Assembly: GCF_044704955.1 (NCBI RefSeq)
Contig: NC_091999.1
Span: forward strand, 47,182,001-47,246,000
Direction of reading: 5' to 3'
Length of the DNA stretch: 64,000 bases
From: Pristiophorus japonicus
Lineage: Eukaryota
How positions within the stretch are numbered: position 1 is the stretch's first letter; each line of letters opens with the position of its first letter. This document shows, one piece after another, positions 38,292 to 48,400 of the stretch. The notes under the pieces were generated by a model. It was not told the DNA's origin. It saw only the letters and a list, made by a program, of their open reading frames with translations, and did no database searches. The position numbers and the translations under genes were made by a program.

Positions 38292-38609
38292 CCTGAGATC
38301 TGCTGAAGTTACGGCTTTGCATGACCCCTTGATGAGTGACCTGGCAGGTGTAGACCGAGCTGGTGAACCATTCCTCGGCGGGGACCGTCAGCCGACTGGC
38401 CGTCGAGAAGTTCCCGTTCACCTTAAAGACGGGAGAGGTGATGAAGCCCGAATCCAGGAGTTGTCCACTTTTCAGCCAATTCACGGTCAGTGACTTTGGC
38501 CGGAAATCGATGATTGAACACACAGCGCTTGCATATCTGCTGCTGGTGATTTGTTCAGTGGAACTCAGCGTGAGGAGAACAGTTGGAGGAACGATGTCCC
38601 GTTCAGGAT
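38292..38609 (-). CDS. IGHM: IgM Cmu2 exon
   Basis: tttttgaag|ATCCTGAA...TCTCAGG|GTAAGA, 318 nt. C1-set domain (VCSIIDF...NWLK...YTCQVTHQG). Confidence 0.94.
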
Positions 38610-38729
38610 CTTCAAAAAAAAACATATTACTGACATTGCTCGGAAAATAAATGATTAAGAAATGCAAAGTGTCCTTATATTTTAACAGGTTATTTGCTGT
38701 CAGGCTAACATTAACCTGGCATTTACAGA

Positions 38730-39340
38730 GAGCAGAACTGTGCACATTATTCTCAGTGTAATAGGCAGACCAGAACTGTGCATAATATTCTAAGTGCGAT
38801 GTGGGGACCAGAACCATGCACAGTATTCTAAGTGTGATATGGAGACCAGAATTATGCATAATATTCTAAGTATGATATGGAGACCAGAACTTTACACCGT
38901 ATTCTAAGTAGGTGATGGAAGCCAGAATTCAAACAATATTCTAAGTGTGATATGGAGAACAGAACTGTGTACAATATTCAAACTGTGATGTGGAGACCGG
39001 AACTGTGCATAATATTCTAAGTATGATATGGAGACCAGAACTTTAGACACTATTCTAAGTATGAGAGGGAAACCAGAATTGTGAGTAATATTCTAAATGT
39101 GATAAGGAGACTAGAACTGTGCACAGTATTTTAAGTATTATATGGAAATCAGAACTGTACACAATACTCTAAGTGTAATATGGAGATCAGAACTGTACAC
39201 ATTATTATAAGTATGATAGGGAGAGCAGAACTGTACACAGTACTCTAAGTGTGATTTGGAGGCCAGAACTGTGCACAGTACTCCAAGTATGATATGGAGA
39301 GCAGAACTGTACACAGTACTCTAAGTGTGGTCTAACCAAA
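38730..39340. repeat. 38-bp tandem repeat (about 16 copies) in the Cmu1-Cmu2 intron, derived from CR1 ORF2
   Basis: Unit tatggagaccagaactgtgcataatattctaagtatga. The array runs into gtgtggtctaaccaa, as in the CR1 RPHLEYCVQFWSP region. Confidence 0.85.
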
Positions 39341-39406
39341 TTTCTATACAAGTTGAATATAATTTCTCACCTTATCACAGTTTGCCCTGTATCCCACAGC
39401 ACTAAC

Positions 39407-39706
39407 CTGGCATTGTGATGGCCCAGACCGACACACCACGTCGAACCTCGCAATAGATTGTGCTGCTCCCCACATCTGACTCGGTGATGGTTAACTGGCT
39501 GCTCTGGGTGTAGGTTCCCTTCTTGTTGAGCACTGGCGGGTAGGTCTTCAATCCAGTGGTGATCGGCACTTTATCTTTCTTCCAGGAAAGGCTGGTGATA
39601 TCGGGGGAGTAGTCCATCGCCAAACAACCGTATGTGATGGAGTCATCGGTGCTTGGTTGTTCACAGGAGGAGAGCAGGGCGTAGAGGGTAGGGGGAGACG
39701 ATGTTA
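39407..39706 (-). CDS. IGHM: IgM Cmu1 exon
   Basis: ttttttcccag|TAACATCG...ATGCCAG|GTTAGT, 300 nt. Encodes [13 protein letters not shown]...[10 protein letters not shown]...IYCEVRRG, a shark Cmu1 pattern. Confidence 0.95.
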
Positions 39707-40479
39707 CTGGGAAAAAATGGCCCATTGAACAAGTTAGACTCTGTAATCCATGATTATAAAAGAAATAAACAACTCGAAATTTGACTGCAGAATAAAATAA
39801 TTCCACCATTTCCCCATCAAAGATTACACGGGCATTTGAGTTTCTGTCAGTTCCATGATAAGCACCTGTCAATGCGCTGGTCAGGAACACACCTTTCTAT
39901 CCCCGAGCTCTATCACATTACACAACAAGAACCTTTACACAACTCGTCAATAAATAATCCTTCATTGGACCATACAATAGAAGAACAGAGACGTGTTCCT
40001 GCTATTTCGGCCTGCATTTATCTCTCAATCAGCACCATTTTTGGTCCTTTATTTAATTGCAGTTTGGGGAAATTTGCTCTGTGCACATTGCCTGCGGCGT
40101 ATCCCTAGAAAACAACAGTGACTGCACTTCAAAGTAACAGCGGAATTCCTGCTTCGGACGTTAGCAAAAAACTCTCTAAATTTGCCTACCACATAATTCA
40201 ACAGGTAGCATTTCCATAGTCTAGTTTCTAAGTTTCAAACTGTAGGTGAACCGCGATTGAGTCGAATTTCTCCCTTTCTTTCTCAGCTTTTGAGGGAGAG
40301 CGATGTCCCTCAGTGCACTGTGATCTGGGCTCTATTCCATCCTATTGATTGCATGTCCCTTGAGTTTCCTCCTCCCTCCCACTCAATTAATAATCCGAAT
40401 AAAATACCACTCCAAAATCTGGTTAATTGGAAGTTTCTCCTTAAATGGCCCATTTCAATTCCTATTGTTGTTCTTGTTA

Positions 40480-41380
40480 TATAACAATGATCTGGACTTG
40501 GTTATAGGGAATACAATTTCGAAGTTCGAAGGTGATGCAAAACCTGGCAACGTAGCCAATAGTGAGCATGATAGCAGCAGACTCCATGAGGGTGATAAAT
40601 GAAATGGATCAGGACATGGCAATTGCAATTTAATGCGAATCATTGAGAAGCAATGCACATTGGGTGGAAGATGGAGATGCAGTATAATCTAAGTAGTATT
40701 GTTTGGAGGGGATGCACGAATAGAGAGATCTAGATGTACATATTCACAAATCTTTGAAGGGGGCAGGGCAAACTGGTAAGACAGTTATGAAAGCGTATGG
40801 GATAGATGACTTTGTAAATGGGCCATTGACTACAAAAACAAGGCGGTTATGCTAAACTTACAGATCACGTGTTAGACCTCAGCTGGCGTATTGTGCACAA
40901 TTCTGTAACAACAATGTAGGAAGGATGTCAAGCCCTTGGGGAGTGTAGAGGGGAGGCTTTTACCAGGATGATGCCAGGGATGTGGTCTTCAGTTATGTGG
41001 AAAGATTGGAGAAGCTGGGCCGTTCTCCTTAGAGCAGAGGTTAAGAGGAGACCTAAGAGAGATATTCAACATTATGACAGGTTTTGATAGAGCAAGTAGG
41101 GAGAAACTGCTTCCGCTGGAAAGTAGGTGGGTAACTAAAGATCACAGATTTAAAATAATTGGCAAAAGATCAAAAGGGAAAATTGGGGTAATTTTTTCAC
41201 ACAGAGGGTTGGTAATTTCAGGAATGCTCCAGGCAGTTCCTCCTCTACTTCAGGAGGACTCATGTGCACGTTTACAAGGAAAACCCTGGTGAGTTTGGCT
41301 AAATTGGACAGCTCTTTCAGAACCGGCACAAGCACGATGCCTGAATGGCCTGTTTCAGTGCTGTGAGATACTATCATTCT
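40480..41380 (+). mobile_element. Old CR1-like LINE fragment in the J-C intron
   Basis: Degenerate NDLD...ISKF..D.K, REKLLPL and F..R motifs. Confidence 0.75.
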
Positions 41381-42849
41381 ACACGAGTCAGTGGGAATAG
41401 TTCTTCTACATTTAATGGAAGGAAACGCTTCATATTTTGGACACCTCTACCAGATCTATTTTTATTGTTCGTTAAAATGAAAGAGGATATTTAAAATAAA
41501 GGGATCGTATAAATCTGACGCAAATTAGTCAATCGCATGTTGTTAGAAAGGCTTAAATTCATTACGAATGATGACTTATTGCAGGTTGAGTCTATCTCTT
41601 TAAATGTTTCACAGAATTGCAGCTCAGTGACTGTGTGCCTTGTGTTGTGACCCAGGCCAATAGCTGCATCTCATCAAAGTTTCTCCCTGCCTTGAACATT
41701 ACAGGAAAAATTGGACAAAATAATGTTTCTAAACATGAGGTCCCCATGACGGTTATTTGAAGCGGCAGTCCCTATATTCTCCATTTAAATTGTGAAAATA
41801 ACTTACAGCCTCCCAACAGATCAGAACAGGCGCTGCTTTCTGGAGCGTTATTCACTTCCTGAAACGGTTTGTTCTGAAAGTGAGCTGAGGATCAGGCCAA
41901 TCGTGTTCAATAGTAATCTAATGCTCAAAATGTTCAAACATTAATAACGCATTAAAAATTGGGCATTTTTTTCAGAAAGAATAGAAACATCAATGAATGT
42001 GCGTTGTTTAATCTGGGCAATGGGACGATTTATTGTGTATATCTGGCACGAGTAGTTTATCTGCTATCTGTTAGTCGCAGATAACGGTGCCTTGAACATT
42101 GCCTGACCAAGCACTCTCAGGTCAGATACAGCGCGGATAAGAGAACAAAGCTCCCGCTGTGCTGCCGTGTGGGTCAGGACAGGTATAGCAAGTGTTGCAC
42201 ACAGAGTAATATGTTATCTATACTATCCCGTCAAACATTCCCAGCTCAAGAACTGCAGAGATGTGCTACGAAATGTCTCCCCATAAAATGCGTTATCAAA
42301 TTGACCGATTAATTAAGCACAATTATCACAAGTACAAAGAAAAGCTTCCCATACACTGATCCATTAAAGCGCACCCACTGATATATAGCTCTGATTAAAT
42401 AGAAGATCAATCTATATTGAAGGACCCAATTAAGCTCCGCGTCCTTGTAAATAAAAGGTTAAATACTGAGTAAAGCTATCTCTGCAATGTCCCATCAAGC
42501 ACTGCCAGATAAGTTAAAGCACGGGTCAGTTGCAAAGTAAAGCTCCCTCTTCACTGTCACATCAAACACTCCCAGGGCAGGTACGGCACGAGTTAGATAA
42601 AAAGTAAATTTCCCTCCACACTGCTAATTAAACACATTCACGGCAGGTACAGTAAGGCTTGGATAAAGAATAAAGCTTTCTCTACACTGTCCCATCATAC
42701 ACTCCCAAGACAGGTACAGAATAATCTTCCTCTACAGTGTCCCATCAAACAGTCTCAGTGCAGGTACAATATTGCCAAAATAAATTGGAGCACCCATCAG
42801 ATCGGACGAGGCGCTGCTTTCCTGAAACTGTTTGTTCGGAAAGTGAGCT

Positions 42850-43665
42850 TAGAAACATTGAAACATAGCAACATAGAAAATAGGTGCAGGAGCAGGCCAT
42901 TCGGCCCTTCGAGCTGGCACCGCCATTCAATGAGTTCATGGCTGAACATGCAACTTCAGTAACCCATTCCTGCTTTCTCGCCATACCCCTTGATCCCCCG
43001 AGTAGTAAGGACGTCATCTAACTCGTTTTTGAATATATTTAGTGAATTGGCCTCAACAACTTTCTGTGGCTGAGAATTCCACACGTTCACCACTCTCTGG
43101 GTGAAGAAGTTTCTCATAATCTCGGTACTAAATGGTTTACCCCTTATCCTTAGACTGTGACCCCTGATTCTGGACTTTCCCAACATTGGGAACATTCTTC
43201 CTGCATCTAATCTGTCTAAACCCGTCAGAATTTAAAAGGTTTCTATGAGATCCCCTCTCATTCTTCTGAACTCCAGTGAATACAAGCCTAGTTGATCCAG
43301 TCTTTCTTGATATGTCATTCCCGCCAGCCTGGAAATCAGTCTGGTGAACCTTCGCTGCACTCCCTCAATAGCAAGAATGTCCTTCCTCAAGTTAGGAGAC
43401 CAAAATTGTACACAATACTCCAGGTGTGGCCTCACCAAGACCCTGTACAACTGTAATAACACCTCCCTTCCCTGTACTCAAATCCTCTCGCTATGAAGGC
43501 CAACATGCCATTTGCTTCCTTAACCGCCTGCTGTACCTGCATGACAACCTTCAATAAATTATGTACCATGATACCCAGGTCTCGTTGCACCTCCCCTTTA
43601 CCTAATCTGTCACCATTCAGATAATAGGCTGCCTCTCTGTTTTTACCACCAAAGTGGATAACCTT
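42850..43665 (-). mobile_element. Young CR1-like LINE 3' end in the J-C intron
   Basis: VRPHLEYCVQFWSP. Closely similar to the copy at 5812-6503 and 7203 onward. Confidence 0.9.
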
Positions 43666-43939
43666 AGGTTCAGACCAATCTCATTCAATAATTATCTGAT
43701 GCTCAAACTGCATAAACATTACTAATTAGTAACATGCAGATTGAAGTTTCTTCAATATTTTTAGAAAATCACTCAAATGAGATACAAGATAGATTCGATA
43801 GAGTAAATCTCCCTCTTCACTGATCTGTCTGGCGCTGTAAGGTCATGTAAAGCAAAGGATGAATGCATATTAAACTACACTACCCTGTAAGACGGGTCAA
43901 ATATAACAAGGTTTAGATTCCGAGTAAAATTATTTCTGT

Positions 43940-44210
43940 ACTGTGCCATCAATCCGCACAGGGCAGGTACAGCATGGGTCAAGATACAGAGTAAAGCTCC
44001 CTCTACATTGTCCCATCAAACATGCCCAGAGCAGGTACAGTATGGGTCAGATACAGAGTAACACTCCCTCTACACTGTCCCATCAAACACTCCCAGGGCA
44101 CATACAGCATGGGCTAGATACAGAGTAAAGCTCCTTCTGCCCTGTCCCATCAAACACTCCCAGGGCAGGTACAACCGGGTTAGAAAATGATTAAAGCTCC
44201 TTCTACTGTC
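43940..44210 (-). repeat. ~65-bp shark tandem/interspersed repeat
   Basis: ctctacactgtcccatcaaacactcccagggcaggtacagcacgggttagatacagagtaaagctc. Also at 14313-14540, 42100-42760, 54926-55265 and 59510-59640. Confidence 0.85.
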
Positions 44211-45606
44211 TCCCCGTGGTGTTTCGGAACTGCTCCTTCTGATTACCACAATCTGGGTTACCGATTTCATTTCTGCGGCGACTCATCAAACTTAAATTAA
44301 ATCTTTCACGTTTCTCACATATACCAGTTCCTTAAATAACTGAGTTAAATTACACTCTCCGCAATACAGAATCACAACCCAGAAGGTTTACAACCAGTCA
44401 GAAGGACTCCTGATTCTCACACAGTGAGCAGGCGCACAGAAACAGAACAAACACAAACGGTGCAACAATGGTGCTCCAGGCAGAGAGTCCAGTTCAATCT
44501 CTTAATTTCAATTAAGCTGTTTGATTTCTAATTTATTTCTTGTCAATTTCCAACCACCTCAACTCTGCAAATTTTTAAAAATTAAACTGATATTAATTTG
44601 AGAGACTCTGCAACATCCAGCCATTTTGCCATCTCTGTCAGCTATCTTCTAAACCGTGCAAAAATTAACTCCCCTGAAAGCAAGTATCTGGAAATAATTC
44701 ACATTCCACGGGAATTTGCTGCCTGTCACATGGGACTCGGTGACAGAATAAGAATGTCACAATCCAGGAGACATCTACATTGAAACCTGATCACCCACTG
44801 ATTTGATATATTTTCATCAGTAAATATAACGTGTAAAATCATCGAGGCAAAACAGGAAGTTAATTCACTAAAATCTGCAGCGGCACCTTATCGAACTCAG
44901 CACAGCCGAGTTATAAATGCATTGATTTATAAATTAATTTAGGAATTAATTAAACATTCTCTCCAACCATTGAGGTTTTGCAATAACTATAATACGAACC
45001 AGTATGCAACGCAATTGCAAGGGATCATTTATGTTTAATAAATGATCACTGATGTTACATTCTAATTAATGTTCATGTTCGCTGATTATTGAAAATAATC
45101 TGAGTGCCTGTCTGGCCCTTCCTCCTCAGAAGCACACTTACCTGAAACATTTGAAATTAACTTAATGTGCAGAATTTCAGCCTTACTAATACAGCCGAAA
45201 TTTGTTATTGAGAGACAGCTTTTGGTCTTGCAAAGTGTTCAAGATTAGTTTAATGATAATTCTATCAAACAACACACAATATTTATTCAATAACAAATTT
45301 CGGCTGCACAGTAAGAATGTCATACACCGGCAGATATATTAAATGGAAAAAATGCAATATAAAACACGGCTTTAAGTTACAAATAATTGTGCTCAGTCAT
45401 GCATCTGTGTAAACAGGAGGTAGCAAGTAATTGAAAACCCTAATCAATCTGAACACAGCGCTGGAATCAGTCTGTTGTCAGTGAAATAATTGCAGGCATA
45501 ATTAATAACTGTATCCAGCCTCTAAAAGTTTCCGCTCCCTTTAATGGTGCCCAGTGTACAGCAGGATTTTGGAAGGCGAATAATATTAAGTAAATGAGCA
45601 TTGAAC

Positions 45607-46858
45607 TTATAGCATATTTTAATAACACTGGGAGATATCGCATTATAATCGGTTGGTTAATATTAATTTAATTCCACTACAACCTAAACACTTATTAATT
45701 ATGTATATGGTAATTAGTTACATTTCACACAATAAAATATCAGCATCGTAAACATAGATTAATAGTTGAATATATAATTATCACTTCAATAATTGTTATG
45801 TTAAAATACATTTCAATGATTTATGATTTCTAACACCTTCCTGTTCTCTGCCTACAATCTGTTTCCAAACAGTTTCAAACATATATCATTATTGCATTCG
45901 AGCGTAAACCTGCTGCTGCTCGCTGACACCGATATTAAACATTGTAGAAACGCGAAACTGCTTCACAAATTCTAGGTATTCTGAGTAACACAGGCACAAA
46001 CTCTCCTCAGCAGATCAACACTAAATCACATCACTGAGGGGCGGAATCCCTCGACAGAATCTTTCATGGAGCAGACCCTTCATTCTATAAACTCTTTCAG
46101 CAGAATCAAATGTATCCTTGCAAAAAATCTCATTACACAATCACCAAACCCGCCTAACAATGAAATAACTAATGATTGAATTCAACAGAAATGTAAAATA
46201 CTGACAGCAGAGTTGTGATTTGACAGATCATGCTGAATAAATTAATGTTCATATTATAGCATATTTAATAATAATTGGTGATATTACTACATTATAATAA
46301 TGTTAGTAATATTAATTTAAATCTTCCGGCTGGAAATATTAATTTTTCAGTTCTTAATTACAGTAACACTTCACGTATTTAATCTGAGCGTTCGGGATCA
46401 TTCGCTCAGTTGATGAGAATGTAATTTTAATTAAAAAACATTAAATTCCTTAAGATTATTTACTGATCGCTAAGCTTTCTGTTTTGTGCCTACAATGTTC
46501 CTTTAAATAGATTTAAACACAATGTTTGCATTCGATCAGAAGAACTGCAACAATCAGAGGTCATCGAGATTAAACATTGCAGAAACGTCAAACAGTGTAA
46601 CAACCATAAAGTATTTAAAGTAACCCAGGCACACAGTCGTCAGCGAATAAACACCAAATCACATCAACAACATTTTCTGTGGAGAAACTGTTGAATTCTA
46701 TAATCATTTTGCAGCAGAATCACATTGAGCATTGCAAAAAATCTCAAAACAAAATCCACCGAACCCAAGTTTCAGTGAACAAAATAATTATTAAAATAAA
46801 CAAAAATATAAAATAAAGACACAAATACAAGAGTTACTGAATGAGTGAATGTTCCTTA
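45607..46858. repeat. Ancient ~610-645-bp tandem duplication at the start of the J-C intron
   Basis: Paired anchors: ttatagcatattt 45607/46254, tgcctacaat ~45849/46487, attaaacattg.agaaacg ~45934/46569, cagcagaatca 46099/46712, ttgcaaaaaatctca 46118/46732. Confidence 0.8.
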
Positions 46859-46859
46859 C

Positions 46860-46907
46860 CTGCAGTCACCGTCACCATGGTCCCTTGTCCCCAGTAGTCC
46901 ATAGCGT
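46860..46907 (-). CDS. IGHJ: JH segment (AMDYWGQGTMVTVTA)
   Basis: WGQG motif and donor GCAG|GTAAG at 46859. Confidence 0.96.
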
Positions 46908-46935
46908 CACAGTGAGACACGTTGTGTCAAATACT
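46908..46935 (+). other. JH 5' RSS with 12-bp spacer
   Basis: CACAGTG (46908-46914), spacer agacacgttgtg (12 nt), nonamer TCAAATACT (46927-46935). No nonamer-like sequence at the 23-nt position (ggcggactg). Confidence 0.88.
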
Positions 46936-47250
46936 CCGGCGGACTGTTAACTGTAAAATACAGAGATTAATTTGCACGCAGCTTTGAAAGCCTGATTCTG
47001 ACTCCCCTAAGAGTGAATCAGTGAGATATTTCAGTTTGTACCGTTCATTATATTTATAAAAAATGATTGGAATACTTCTGAAGCAGCTGTGCAGATTCAG
47101 CATGTCAATCAAGAGTAATAAAGCAGAAAAATGTGATACATTTAAATATATATATATCTTACTTCCACTCATTATTTTTACTTAAACCTCAGTTCCTTCG
47201 ACGCTCCTGGCGTGGTAGCGATCGCATGTTTGTGCAAATTCCATGTCTGG

Positions 47251-47288
47251 GGTTTTTGTATGGTAAGCTCGCTCTGTATACCACCGTG
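47251..47288 (-). other. D 3' RSS, 22-bp spacer (23-class)
   Basis: Heptamer CACGGTG (47288-47282), 22-nt spacer, consensus nonamer ACAAAAACC (47259-47251). Confidence 0.93.
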
Positions 47289-47305
47289 GCCCACTGCTGT
47301 AGTCC
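47289..47305 (-). CDS. Single DH segment GGACTACAGCAGTGGGC (17 nt; D1-type)
   Basis: Flanked by a 12-RSS and a 22-RSS. Open in all three frames (GLQQW / DYSSG / TTAVG). Confidence 0.92.
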
Positions 47306-47333
47306 CACAGTGACAGGAACCCGCACAAATACT
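47306..47333 (+). other. D 5' RSS, 12-bp spacer
   Basis: CACAGTG (47306-47312), spacer acaggaacccgc (12 nt), nonamer ACAAATACT (47325-47333). Confidence 0.93.
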
Positions 47334-47740
47334 GCCCTCACTCTCTGCTCAGTACTGACTCTCAACGTACACTTCAAATAGACATTCACTTCAAATACAC
47401 ATTCGCTTCTGATCAAGTTTAGAATTTAGCCAACAGTTTACACAACACAATAGAAAGTGAACACACTTCCAACCAGCTCCCTGCATGTACCAGGCACAGT
47501 GAATCGAGCATCATCTCCAGCTCTGCAATTGCTGACACTGTTCACATTAAACAGGAGCACAACCAAAACTACCCCTCAGTACATGGGTTAGTGTGTTAGA
47601 TTTTCACCATTGAATTCTCAGTGTCTTAGTTTTGTAAGAAGCGGTTTATGGTCTTGTTCTGAACACTGTTGTTAACATTGCATTTGTCACACTTACTGAC
47701 CGTCAGGTTATGATGGAAATTGTTGAATTCCCTCTCGATC

Positions 47741-47779
47741 TGTTCTTGTACGGGTCCAGCCCTGGTTCCTCTCGCTGTG
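47741..47779 (-). other. VH 3' recombination signal sequence, 23-bp spacer
   Basis: Heptamer CACAGCG (47779-47773), 23-nt spacer, nonamer ACAAGAACA (47749-47741). Confidence 0.93.
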
Positions 47780-48084
47780 GTACCTTGCACAGTAATAGAT
47801 GGCGGTGTCTTCGCTCTTCAGGTTCTTCATGTCCAGCGCGAAGATGTTGTTTGAAGTGTCTTTGGACGCAGTAAATCGGCTCGCAATCCCTGCGGCATAA
47901 TACTTGTTCGATGGACTGTAATACTGAACCAGCCACTCCAGCCCCTGTCCGGGAATCTGGCGGATCCAGTACATGTAGCTGCCACCAAGATCGAAGCCGC
48001 TGGTTTTACAGGTCAGTCTCAGGGAGACCCCGGGAATCCTGGTCTCTGCCTCGGGCTGAGTCAACACCACATCCGACTGGACAC
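47780..48084 (-). CDS. IGHV: Unrearranged VH segment ([10 protein letters not shown]...[27 protein letters not shown]...[10 protein letters not shown])
   Basis: Acceptor ttttcacag|GTGTCC. Open frame with both canonical Cys, the FR2 Trp and YYCAR. Followed by a 23-RSS. Confidence 0.97.
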
Positions 48085-48210
48085 CTGTGAAAATAATCAA
48101 AAACCCCTACGATCAATCCTGGTGAAATGATTCCTGACTCTGTAACATTCCAGAGAGAAACTAACACTGAGACAGTAACAGTGAGAGATTGGACAATAAA
48201 AACTACTCAC

Positions 48211-48256
48211 GGGAAAAGAAAACCAGCAACACACTGAGAGAAATCGCCAACCTCAT
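48211..48256 (-). CDS. IGHV: IgM heavy-chain leader exon (MRLAISLSVLLVFFSR)
   Basis: ATG at 48256-48254, hydrophobic signal peptide, donor C|GTGAGT at 48210. Splices in frame to the V exon, giving ...[13 protein letters not shown]. Confidence 0.95.
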
Positions 48257-48344
48257 CCTCCTGGCAATGTGTGGTGAATGGTTCCGGCAAGAGCTCACTG
48301 AGCAAACCCACTTCCAGACTGTTGTATTGCGGTCGCAATGACCG

Positions 48345-48400
48345 GCAGTTAAATAGCCGGGAGATGGGGGCGAGGTCACAGGCGCCGCCCATTGATTCCC
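48345..48400 (-). promoter_or_regulatory. Putative VH promoter: TATTTAA box, CRE-like TGTGACCTCG, CAAT; no octamer
   Basis: Minus strand reads ...gaatcaatgggcggcgcctgtgacctcgcccccatctcccggctatttaa... about 95-140 nt upstream of the leader ATG. Shark VH promoters are known to lack the mammalian octamer. Confidence 0.55.

Noticed and set aside
44420-44459. CACAGTG with ACACAAACG 24 nt away in the J-C intron, possible second J with a 23-RSS
   Set aside because: Spacer is off by one, and the flank has no WGxG motif or suitable splice donor. At most a cryptic RSS.
39707-46859. Class-switch (S) region in the J-C intron
   Set aside because: No AGCT- or G-rich tandem array; the intron is AT-rich with LINE and 65-bp repeats.
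47495-47501. Perfect heptamer CACAGTG between V and D, possible extra D segment
   Set aside because: No nonamer at 12 nt (tctccagct) or 23 nt (gcaattgct), and no opposing RSS.
31654-48256. IgW or IgNAR identity, or a Cmu2-less IgM1gj-type gene
   Set aside because: Four C domains with mu-type sequence and tailpiece, a conventional VH with FR2/CDR2, Cmu2 present, and V not joined to D.
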